Positions 1 to 8,708 of a stretch of DNA of 64,000 nucleotides are shown in pieces. The notes beneath the pieces were generated by a model. The model ran no database searches, was not told the origin of the DNA, and saw only the letters and a list, made by a program, of their open reading frames with translations. The position numbers were made by a program, and so were the translations under genes. Source of the stretch: Polyangiaceae bacterium (GTDB taxonomy: Bacteria; Myxococcota_A; Polyangia; Polyangiales; Polyangiaceae); assembly GCA_050287085.1 (NCBI GenBank), contig JBNKBE010000012.1, positions 125,773 to 189,772 of the forward strand, given 5' to 3'. Every line of letters begins with the position of its first letter. Within the stretch, counting starts at the first letter, position 1.

Positions 1-401
1 AGTCGCTGCGGGGTCTGCTCAGGTGACAGCGTCGAAAACGATGCGTTACAGAATTGCCACGGCTTGGTCGCATCGATTCGCGGCGGCGACGGGACAACCA
101 TGTGACAATTCGGAAACATCCCGCAAGCTCTGACCCGTCGGAAACGGCTCGAGCATTCAGCTATTGATCTTACATATCCATCACTTACGAAAGCGCACCC
201 GGGGGCTCCGCGGCTGAGACTCGGAAACGGTGCCTGACGCTCGTTGCCTGTCACTGACCACGACGCCCGTGACAACAGCATGCGGTGCCAGGGAAAATAT
301 CGCGCCGTATCGCCGCCCCCACTTCGAGCGCCGACATCACTGCCGTCGTGCACCCGCCGGGGCCAACGTCGGGTCGAGCGCTGAAGCGATAGCCACAGAG
401 C

Positions 402-1943
402 TCATCTGGGTCTGGATGACCTCGCCCCCGAAAGCCGGCTACCGTCCTCCCCAGAACGCGGCCAGTCGACGGCAACAGTGGTGCCGTCCTTCTCGTCTCC
501 CACGATACAGATGCTACCGCGATGCAACTCGACCACCTTCTGGCACAGCGCAAGCCCGATGCCGCTGCCTTCGAACTCGCGCTTCGCGTGGAGACGCTGG
601 AATACCTTGAAGACGCGAGTGCGGTGTTCCGGCGGAATGCCGATCCCGTTGTCACTAACAAGGATGCGATAGACAACAGGATGCACTTCTACCCGAACCG
701 CGACGCGCAGAGGGCGCTCAGGGGAACGGAACTTGATAGCGTTGGCAAGCAGGTTGGAAACGAGCAAGCGGAGCGCGGTCAGATCTCCCCAAACTATCGG
801 CAGGTCTGGGGCCAACTCAAGTTCAGCATCATCGGGTGCGCCGAGCCGGAGCGTGTCCCAGATGTGGGAAAATAGCTCCGATAGCGCAATTGAGTCCTCA
901 TGAAGCCCCTGTGCCCCGGCAGTCGAAAACGCCAGAAGCCCGTCAACCAGAGCCCCCATATCCTTCGTAGCCTGCGCGATGATGCGGAGTGCGTCCCGCA
1001 CCTCGGCGTTGTCATGTTCGCCGAGCAGTTGCTCCAAGATTCCCGCGAACACTGAAATGTGCCGAATTGGCGCCTTTAGGTCATGCGAAGCCGCGTAGGC
1101 AAATTGTTCAAGGTCTCGATTCTTCGCTCGCAGCGCACTCTCGACATGCTGGGCGTCGGTCACGTCGCGCACGACTACGACCATCCGTCGACGACCTTGG
1201 TCCGTGCGCGACGCAGGCACCGCGCTGACCGCCCAATAGCTCCCCCCGGGCTGCTCCGTAGCCTGCAGGTAGTAGCAGCGCTCGGCAAAGGCTTCCCCCG
1301 CTAAGGCTAGCGCAAAGGGATGAAGTTCGGGTGGAACTGTCGCCTTCGTCTCGGCTTCGAAGAGTGGGAGACTGCAGAAGCGCTCAGCCGCCTGCGAGGT
1401 CACTGTGGCAAGCGGCCAGATGCGTCGCATCGCGGCGTTGACGTAGGACACGGACCCACCCTCGACAATGACCACGCCGTTGTTGAGGCTAGCCATAGCG
1501 CTCTCAAACAGCTCTTTCTCCGCTGCGACTTCGTCCGCGCGACGACGCAGTTCAGCAAAGACGGCGAGCTTCGCCCGGAGGATCTCCGCATCGATCGGTT
1601 TCGGTAGGTAGTCGAAGGCCCCCAGGTCAAACGCCTGCGGGTCAGAACGCGTCCCGGTATTGTGAGCTGTGATGAACAGGACTGGGGTTTCCGCATGCTC
1701 AGGATCTTGGCGGATCATTCTTACAAGTTCGTAGCCGCTCATGTCTGGCATTTGGACGTCGCAGAGAATGCATGCGTACGAATGCCGAAGCAGCTGACTG
1801 AGCGCTTCATTGGCGCTCTTGGCAACATCGAGTCGATACGACTCATGACCCAGCAGCTGCGACATGGCGTACAGGTTCTGCTCGAGGTCGTCCACGTAGA
1901 GCAGTCGCACGAGTGATGGCGGCGTTATTGCAGTCTCAAACAC
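402..1943 (-). CDS. Hybrid sensor histidine kinase (receiver-PAS-HisKA-HATPase)
   Basis: Receiver motifs (LYVDD, CDVQMP, FITA, KP), H-box FAYAASHDLKAP, N-box NLLANAIKF, DNGIGI and GSGIGLA. Start moved to GTG 1943, which follows GGAGG; the ORF track extends to 2240. Confidence 0.9.
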   Translation of the reverse strand: MFETAITPPSLVRLLYVDDLEQNLYAMSQLLGHESYRLDVAKSANEALSQLLRHSYACILCDVQMPDMSGYELVRMIRQDPEHAETPVLFITAHNTGTRSDPQAFDLGAFDYLPKPIDAEILRAKLAVFAELRRRADEVAAEKELFESAMASLNNGVVIVEGGSVSYVNAAMRRIWPLATVTSQAAERFCSLPLFEAETKATVPPELHPFALALAGEAFAERCYYLQATEQPGGSYWAVSAVPASRTDQGRRRMVVVVRDVTDAQHVESALRAKNRDLEQFAYAASHDLKAPIRHISVFAGILEQLLGEHDNAEVRDALRIIAQATKDMGALVDGLLAFSTAGAQGLHEDSIALSELFSHIWDTLRLGAPDDAELELAPDLPIVWGDLTALRLLVSNLLANAIKFRSPERPLRVAVRVEVHPVVYRILVSDNGIGIPPEHRTRVFKVFQRLHAKREFEGSGIGLALCQKVVELHRGSICIVGDEKDGTTVAVDWPRSGEDGSRLSGARSSRPR

Positions 1944-2314
1944 GTCTCCTCCTTCGGGCCACTCAGCGTTGCCCTTCCCCCCGATCCGGCCGACAATGAC
2001 CCGGACGCTCGACAATCTATCATAGCCAACGCCACAATGGTGAAGGCCGTTTGGCCCCAAAGAGATCCGAACTTGAACCGTTCTCTCTCTGGGCCCGCTA
2101 CGCACCGAGCGCTTCTCAGGTATGGGCAGGCGGCCGGTGGCGAGGCCTTGGAGCGCCCGGATTCGGCCGCGGCACCGCGGCGACAAGACGCGGAAATCCC
2201 TGCCCTTTTCCTCGGACTCCCGGAACCCATTGAACGGCACCTAGAGCGAGGTCGAGCGCAGGAGCCCGCGACGGGCGCGCCCCCGCGCGAAGCTGCTAGG
2301 CTAGCGACACCCGA

Positions 2315-3394
2315 ATGAGCCACGGCAATAGTAGCGCTGATCGCCCCATATTGAAGCTGAAGCGTGCAGCGGAGGTCTTCCTGCACTGGAAGGTCACGCA
2401 CTCGGAAAGCCTGCCCTACCTGCCCACGGAGATCAGCTTCGAAGTCACGAATCGCTGCAATTTCAAGTGCGACTTCTGTCCACAATCCTCCCCCCAGCAC
2501 TTCGAGCGCGTCCCCCCCGGGCAGCTGGAACCACCGGAGCTTCGGCGCATGTTGGGCAAATTGAGAGCCGCGGGCCTAGCCACCCGGACACTGCATTGGA
2601 CGCTCGATGGAGAGCCATTCATGCACAAGCGCTTTGAGCAGCTGATCCAGACCGCGGGAGAATACGACTTCACGACCCACCACTTCGCCACGAATGGCTA
2701 CTTCGTCAGCGCGGCACGTCTGCGGCAGTTTCCGGGTGGCAAGCATCGCTATTTTCTCACTCCGGACTTCTGCGCGGATCGCGAATATTTCGAGTCCGTA
2801 CGAGGCACGGCCGGCTCGTGGCAGCGTGTGCTCGACAATCTTCGATCGGTACTGAGCGCACCGGACCTCTCCCGTTTCCACCTGAAGATCACCGATATTG
2901 CGAGCTACAAGGAACAAGACGAAGAACTGCTACGGAAACGCTTCAAAGAGCTCAAGGCCCTGTTCCCAGACTCGCCGCGAGTCACTTTCCTGCAGCGCGC
3001 GTTCCACAATGCGACGGGCTTCTCTCAAACGGAGAACAAGGTTGATGTTGGCGTCGAGCGCTTGAAGCGGACTCCAAAGGCTAGCGTGCCCCGCGCCGGG
3101 TACCGGCTTTGCCCCTACCCGTGGTTCAGCTTCGTGGTCGCCAGCAACGGTGAAGTGGTGGCCTGCTGCCGCGATCTGGAACACAAGACGGTACTCGGCA
3201 ACTTGCTAACGCAGGAATTCGATGAAATATGGAACGGTGAGCCATACCAAGAACTGCGGCGCGCGCTCGTGAATCGTGACCCGGGGAAGATTGCGGCCTG
3301 CGCCCGGTGCGACATGCCCTACGATCCGTCCAAAGGAACGCTGCGACACCTCGCTCGCTCCGCCATTCACCGCATGCTATTGTTGGAGAAGTAG
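2315..3394 (+). CDS. Radical SAM protein with C-terminal SPASM/Twitch-type Fe-S domain
   Basis: CNFKCDFC (CxxxCxxC) motif, DGEPF, and C-terminal CPYPW...VVACC...LGNL...IWNG...CARC. Confidence 0.9.
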   Translation: MSHGNSSADRPILKLKRAAEVFLHWKVTHSESLPYLPTEISFEVTNRCNFKCDFCPQSSPQHFERVPPGQLEPPELRRMLGKLRAAGLATRTLHWTLDGEPFMHKRFEQLIQTAGEYDFTTHHFATNGYFVSAARLRQFPGGKHRYFLTPDFCADREYFESVRGTAGSWQRVLDNLRSVLSAPDLSRFHLKITDIASYKEQDEELLRKRFKELKALFPDSPRVTFLQRAFHNATGFSQTENKVDVGVERLKRTPKASVPRAGYRLCPYPWFSFVVASNGEVVACCRDLEHKTVLGNLLTQEFDEIWNGEPYQELRRALVNRDPGKIAACARCDMPYDPSKGTLRHLARSAIHRMLLLEK

Positions 3395-3400
3395 TTCGTC

Positions 3401-4255
3401 ATGCTGGACTCGATGCTCGCTCGACTCCGGGCGCATGCCCCCTGGTATGTGTTGACCGGTGCCGGGGTCAGCGTCGACAGTGGCATCCCAGCCTACCGCG
3501 ATGAGCAGGGAACGTGGCAGCACTCCGCGCCGATCACTTATGCGGAATTCACGCAAGAAGTGTCCGTCCGCCAGCGTTATTGGCTCCGCTCTAGCTTTGG
3601 CTTCAAACGCGTTGCTCGCGCCCTTCCCAACGAGGCACATCTCGCCCTGGCAGCCTTGGAACGCGCTGGCTTGGTAGCGGCGCTTGTCACGCAAAATGTC
3701 GACGGACTGCACAACGTCGCCGGCAGCCGGCACGCGATCGAACTGCACGGCAGCATTCACCACGTGATCTGCCTTGGCTGCGGTCAACGAAGCCCTCGCA
3801 GCTCGCTTCAGCGACGCTTGGAACAGCAAAATCCGTGGTTGACTACGCTCACCGAGCTCAGCGCCGCACCCGACGGCGATGCCAACGTCTGCGCGCCAGC
3901 TGATAAGTCCCTGGAGCTCGTCAACTGCGAGCGATGCGGCGGGCTACTCAAGCCCGACGTGGTCTTCTTTGGCGAAGGCGTCCCCAAGGCCCGCGTCAAA
4001 CACTGCTATGAGCTCCTGAACGCCGCACGCTCGGTACTCGTTATTGGTAGCTCGCTCGCAGTCTTCTCTGGGTACCGCTTTGTAAAACGAGGGGCAAGCT
4101 TGGGTCTGCCAGTGCTCGTCGTCAACCGAGGCACGACGCGCGCGGACGGCTTCGCCGCTGCCAAGTACGAATTCTCCTGCGGAGCGTTGCTCAACGCCCT
4201 AGCCGCTCGCACCGCAGCTGAAGCAACACCCCTTGAATCCCCATGCGAAACCTAG
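3401..4255 (+). CDS. cobB: NAD-dependent protein deacylase (sirtuin, class II/SIRT4-like)
   Basis: TGAGVSVDSGIPAYR, RQRYW, PNEAH, TQNVDGLH, ELHG, two CxxC pairs, LKPDVVFFGE, IGSSL. Confidence 0.9.
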   Translation: MLDSMLARLRAHAPWYVLTGAGVSVDSGIPAYRDEQGTWQHSAPITYAEFTQEVSVRQRYWLRSSFGFKRVARALPNEAHLALAALERAGLVAALVTQNVDGLHNVAGSRHAIELHGSIHHVICLGCGQRSPRSSLQRRLEQQNPWLTTLTELSAAPDGDANVCAPADKSLELVNCERCGGLLKPDVVFFGEGVPKARVKHCYELLNAARSVLVIGSSLAVFSGYRFVKRGASLGLPVLVVNRGTTRADGFAAAKYEFSCGALLNALAARTAAEATPLESPCET

Positions 4256-4333
4256 CTGACGTCCTATTGCAACAAGCGGGAGCCTTGCCGCGCTTCGGGC
4301 TATCCCCTAGCCTCCAAAGCTCAGGAACCAGCC

Positions 4334-5127
4334 ATGACGGAAACGCTAACCAGCGCTCGCGCCGCCGCCTTTCTTCTTCGCTACGAGGCCGGCGGACGCT
4401 TCTTCCGGGAGCCCATTCTCCCTTCCACGGACCTGCGCGAACAAAACCTGAGCGGGATTGAGTTCCGTGGCGGCAGCTTCGCTGGCAGTGACCTGTTCGC
4501 GGCCAGTCTCTACCAGGCCACAATAACGGGCACCGACTTCAGTCATGCCAACCTTGTCTCCTGCGACCTGAGTCGGAGCCATATCTCTCTGAGCCACTTC
4601 GTAGGAGCTCACTTGAATCAAGCGCGGATCCGCTACAGCCAACTCTTGGAGGTGGAATGCGCGGGGCCAGCCTCGCCCATGCAGATCTGCGCCACAGCGC
4701 CCTAGAAGCCAACCTCGAAGGCGCCAACCTCACGCGCTGTCGAGCCGAAGGAGTGGACCTAAGTCGTTGTTTTGCATTCGGACTCAACGCCGAGCGGCTG
4801 CACGCTCCGAAGGCCGATCTGAGCTTCGCCAAGCTGCGTCGCTCCAACCTGCACGGAGCCACGCTTCGAGACTCATGCCTTTCAGCAACTGATCTGCGGG
4901 AAAGCCAGCTGTCGGAAGTTGATGCCACCGGAGGCGACTTCCGCGGGGCTCAGCTTCAAGGTGCAGATCTCAGTCGCTCTTCATTGCGTTATGCAGACTT
5001 GAGTGATGCTGACCTGACGGGCGCTCGATTGCTCGCCACCGATCTGCGTGGAGCCATTCTGAACAACACGTGCTTTGACCAGGTCGACCTATCGGAAGCC
5101 CTGCTCGGTGCGTTGGAAGCGGAGTGA
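4334..5127 (+). pseudogene. Pentapeptide-repeat protein split by a 1-nt frameshift near 4655-4670 (real lesion or sequencing error)
   Basis: A(D/N)LxxA-type repeats run through ORF 4334-4705 up to about 4660 and continue in the -1 frame ORF 4657-5127. Confidence 0.75.
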
Positions 5128-5466
5128 GATCTCAACGCCGGCGCCCTCGCGCGACGGCTCGAGCCGTCACGTCAGCGTATTTCTCGCAGGTATGAGTGCG
5201 GTCGAACCACACGGCTGAATTTCTGACTCGTGGGTTCTAGTCACCTACGCGAACGCCATCTGGGGGAGATTCTGGGTGGTTTCAAGGCAACGCGAAATCC
5301 GTTCCAGCACGGACCTGTACGCGAGGACTGAGCCTCCGCCTGCCCTCCAAACCCGGGCGAAGAGATCCTGAAGTCGCCCCTATGCGGTGTTTTTGGTAGG
5401 CGAAGCATTGAGTTGAGCGTCGCTCTCTAGGCCAGCGCATGCGCTCTTGAGATCCATTGTGACTCG

Positions 5467-5976
5467 TTGCCGGAATCGGGCATTCAATTGAAGTACCCCA
5501 CATCTCACCCCCGTTGGGGGCTCGCATTGCATATTGCAAGCAGCGCCCTACTGCTTCTTCTGCTGCTGTCGCGCCCAGCCGCCGCCGGCATCGAAGCACC
5601 GACGTGGCACGAAACCCAAGACGCCGATGCTGAAGCGGGCCACGTGACCCTGACCTGGTCCGGCACGGGCGATAGCTACGAGCTTCAACATGCAACCGAT
5701 GAACAATTCCTGCGCACCAGCCGCATAACAAGTACGGCAGATACGCAAAGTTTCGTCTCCGGACTCGGAAATGGAGCCCACTACTTCCGAATTCGCTCGA
5801 AGCAACGCGGGGTGCTATCGCCCTGGTCGCCTGTGCTTCGCTTCGACGTGGCTCACCCCTCGCTTGCCACAAGTCTTGGTCTGTTCGGAGCCGGCGCGCT
5901 CGTCTTCGTCGTCACCGTTGCCTTCACTCTGACCGAGGGCTTTGGAGCATCAAGACACGCAAGGCGGGCGACTTGA
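5467..5976 (+). CDS. Exported, membrane-anchored fibronectin type III-like protein
   Basis: Signal-like hydrophobic stretch ending AAA, FN3-like pattern (LTWS...YELQ...SGLGNGAHYFRIRS...SPWS) and a C-terminal TM helix. The stop overlaps the symporter start (TTGA). Start codon uncertain. Confidence 0.7.
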   Translation: MPESGIQLKYPTSHPRWGLALHIASSALLLLLLLSRPAAAGIEAPTWHETQDADAEAGHVTLTWSGTGDSYELQHATDEQFLRTSRITSTADTQSFVSGLGNGAHYFRIRSKQRGVLSPWSPVLRFDVAHPSLATSLGLFGAGALVFVVTVAFTLTEGFGASRHARRAT

Positions 5977-7412
5977 ACTCGTTCAGTTTGCCTGCTGGCC
6001 TCGCCTGGGGATTGCTCGCCGCGTTCTCCGTACTGTGGATTGGCCTCGGGCTGTTCTGGGGTAAACGCGCTCGGACGGCTGAAGGGCATATGCTGGCAGG
6101 GCGCAATGTGGGCCTCGCACTGGGAGCTGCCACGGCCGTGGCCACCTGGGTCACCTCCAACACCACCATGTTGGCGCCGCAGTTCGCCCTCCAACTCGGA
6201 ATCTGGGGCATGCTGGCATACTCCACCGCGTCCATCGGACTGTTTCTCTTTGCACCGATGGCACGTCGCATTCGAGCCCTGATGCCCAATGGCTACACCA
6301 GCGCGGAGTTCGTACGACTGCGTTACGGAAGAGCAGCTTGGGGCGTCTTCATGCTCATTTCGGTCTTCTACAGCCTCACATGGCTGATCAGTATGGCCAT
6401 GGCCGGTGGCCTGCTCCTGGAGGCCCTTGCCGGCATTCCCTACGTCGCGGGCATGAGCATCATCTTGGCCGTCTGCGTGGTCTACACGGTGGTCGGCGGC
6501 CTCTACGCCGTGATCGGAACCGACTTCATTCAGAGCCTGATCATTCTGGCTGGAGTTGTCATCGTCGGAGTGGCTGTGCTGGATCGAGTTCCCGTGGGTG
6601 TGATGTACGATCGCATCTCGGAAGAGCGTCCACTTCTACTGGACGCGATGTTCCCCGCGGCACTGATGGCCGTGTTCAACAATCTTCTATTCGGGCTGGG
6701 TGAAATCACGCACAGCAACGTTTGGTGGAGTCGTGCCTTCGCGATCCGCGACGGCCTAGGTCAGAAAGCGTACACACTAGCGGGGCTCATCTGGTTCCCC
6801 ATCCCTCTCGCCGCAGGTTTCATTGCGCTCGCCGCGCCGAGCTTGGGAGTGAACGTGGCACGCCCGGATATGGTCGCCCCCTTGGTCGCGGGGTCGTTGC
6901 TGGGCAAAGCCGGAGCCGTCCTAGTCTTCATTGTCGTGTTTTCTTCTCTGGCCTCTAGCATCGACAGCCTGCTTGCGGCGACCAGCGATTTGATCACGAA
7001 GGAGGTCGTCGCACGGATACGACCCCGGCCCGGCGATGCTAGCGAGAAGCGACAGGCCATTGTCACTACGCTCGCCCTAGGTCTCCTGTGCTGGCTCGCC
7101 TGCCTGCCGAAAGTCGGAACGCTAGCGTCCGTATTATTCTTCGCCGGTCCCCTCGTAGGTAGCACCATCTGGCCAATTCTGGCTGGGCTCTATCATCCGA
7201 AGGCCTCGGCTGCTGCCGCAACCAGCGCGATGGTTCTCGGCAGCGGCGCTGGGCTCTTCGCATACTTCACCCTCGGTTGGTATACCGCGTCCTTGATCGG
7301 CACCACTGTATCGATGGCAGTGGTGTTGGTCGGGCTTGGCAGCAGCGCCCGCACTTTCGACTTCTCAATTCTCGCGGGAAGTAGCCCAACCCGAAACACG
7401 GAGACCTCGTAG
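5973..7412 (+). CDS. Sodium:solute symporter family transporter (resembles the DUR3/urea-type subfamily)
   Basis: About 13 hydrophobic helices; LAGRNVG, EFVRLRYG, YTVVGGLYAVIGTDFIQ, SSLASSIDSLL. Confidence 0.9.
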   Translation: MNSFSLPAGLAWGLLAAFSVLWIGLGLFWGKRARTAEGHMLAGRNVGLALGAATAVATWVTSNTTMLAPQFALQLGIWGMLAYSTASIGLFLFAPMARRIRALMPNGYTSAEFVRLRYGRAAWGVFMLISVFYSLTWLISMAMAGGLLLEALAGIPYVAGMSIILAVCVVYTVVGGLYAVIGTDFIQSLIILAGVVIVGVAVLDRVPVGVMYDRISEERPLLLDAMFPAALMAVFNNLLFGLGEITHSNVWWSRAFAIRDGLGQKAYTLAGLIWFPIPLAAGFIALAAPSLGVNVARPDMVAPLVAGSLLGKAGAVLVFIVVFSSLASSIDSLLAATSDLITKEVVARIRPRPGDASEKRQAIVTTLALGLLCWLACLPKVGTLASVLFFAGPLVGSTIWPILAGLYHPKASAAAATSAMVLGSGAGLFAYFTLGWYTASLIGTTVSMAVVLVGLGSSARTFDFSILAGSSPTRNTETS

Positions 7413-7531
7413 TGTTTCCAAAAGTTGTGTTCGAGGCGCTGGTACTGCTCAGTCTCATACTGACGGGCAGCTCCGTACTCCTATTGACGGTGCTTTGGCT
7501 GCGCGACTTGCGAAAGGGGAAACTGTGGTAG
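7412..7531 (+). CDS. 39-aa single-TM small protein MFPKVVFEALVLLSLILTGSSVLLLTVLWLRDLRKGKLW (not in ORF track)
   Basis: GTG start overlaps the symporter TAG (TAGTG) with GGAG upstream. One hydrophobic helix and a basic/Trp tail; the stop overlaps the next gene's start. Confidence 0.75.
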   Translation: MFPKVVFEALVLLSLILTGSSVLLLTVLWLRDLRKGKLW

Positions 7532-8628
7532 AGGGGAAACAGCGCTTCGAGTCCAGGATCGCGCCCGTGGGGTTGTCCCATAACTCGAGCGGACAACAAC
7601 TCGCCGCCCGAGGTTTGGTCGAATTTCGCGATCAACGCCTGGACTTCATGCTCCTACAGAGCCTCGCCGGAAAGGCAGTGCTCAGCGCGCGCCTGTTCGA
7701 CGCTTCGCTGGTCGTGGCGTTATGCAAGTTTGCTGGGCTACTCGAAATGACGGAGATCGCATCTCATCATCCACTCGACGGCAAGCTTGTGATCACCGCC
7801 TTCTTTGAGGCTAGCACACGGACGCGACTCTCCTTTGAGAGTGCCGCCCTCCGGCTCGACGCCAAAGTCGTGAGCGTACCCGACGGCAAGGTCACCGGCA
7901 TCGCCAAAGGCGAAAGCTTGGCGGACATCGGCGAGATGTTCAACACCTATGGTGACCTTGTGGTCATGCGCCACCCAAAGAGCGAAGCCGTTTCTCAGCT
8001 ACAGACTCACCTACGACTCCCCCTCATCAACGCAGGCAACGGCACTGACGAACATCCCACGCAAGCGTTAGTTGACTGGTACACGCTGCTCAAGTGGCGC
8101 CCAGAGTTGTGCGCCAGTGAACTCCCCCGGAGCAAACGCATCAGGCTCGGCATCATTGGTGACCCCAGCACGATGAGAACGGTTCGCAGCTTTCTCTACC
8201 TGGCTTGCTGTTTTGCCCCCGCTATCTCGGAGCTGTACATCATATCGCCCAACAAGAGCGAACCGACGGGTGCTCTCAAACGCAGCCTAAGCAGCGCTGG
8301 CATTCCACTCACAACGACCGACAAGCTCGGCCCCATATTGCCTTCGCTCGACGTCGTCTACATCAACTCCATCGCGCTACTGGATGATGGCTATCATGAA
8401 TTGTCCGGGGACTACAACCTGAGCGCTAGTAGCCGTCTGAAGAAGGGTGCGGTCATTCTGCACCCCTTTGCCCGTCGTGGAGAACTTGCCGAGGACCTCG
8501 ACGGAACAGAGCACAATCTCTACTTCGCCCAGGCAGCTGGCGCCGTTTATCTGCGTCAGGCGCTCCTGATCTGTCTACTCGAACGCTTGACCGCTTTGCC
8601 TGGGGGCGTGCTCTACTTGGCAAAGTAG
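7525..8628 (+). CDS. Aspartate/ornithine carbamoyltransferase-family protein; PyrB-like but with an altered acceptor site
   Basis: FFEASTRTRLSF, KGESL, MRH, INAGNG..EHPTQ, GD....RTVRS, HPFAR. The ATCase RxQxER motif is replaced by YINSIAL. GTG 7525 chosen as start (AAAGGGG upstream). Confidence 0.85.
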   Translation: MVEGKQRFESRIAPVGLSHNSSGQQLAARGLVEFRDQRLDFMLLQSLAGKAVLSARLFDASLVVALCKFAGLLEMTEIASHHPLDGKLVITAFFEASTRTRLSFESAALRLDAKVVSVPDGKVTGIAKGESLADIGEMFNTYGDLVVMRHPKSEAVSQLQTHLRLPLINAGNGTDEHPTQALVDWYTLLKWRPELCASELPRSKRIRLGIIGDPSTMRTVRSFLYLACCFAPAISELYIISPNKSEPTGALKRSLSSAGIPLTTTDKLGPILPSLDVVYINSIALLDDGYHELSGDYNLSASSRLKKGAVILHPFARRGELAEDLDGTEHNLYFAQAAGAVYLRQALLICLLERLTALPGGVLYLAK

Positions 8629-8708
8629 AGCATCGGCCATACTACTCCGCGTGACCGACAACGCGACTTCGACAGTGCATCCAGAAGCTATGCGGGAATC
8701 GAACTAAC

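Noticed and set aside
1..101. Possible 5' end of a minus-strand gene (ATG at 101, open to the window edge)
   Set aside because: Only 33 codons are visible, with no recognisable motif or RBS.
3401..4255. Sir2 as an anti-phage NADase (Thoeris/DSR-like)
   Set aside because: It has the full housekeeping sirtuin motif set with a Zn ribbon, no fused defence domains and no defence neighbours.
5128..5466. Guanidine or other known riboswitch before the symporter/amidase cluster
   Set aside because: I could not find the guanidine-I, -II or -III consensus elements by eye; an Rfam scan would be needed.
7525..8628. Calling the gene pyrB
   Set aside because: The aspartate-specificity loop is absent and no pyrimidine genes are nearby, so the symbol was withheld.
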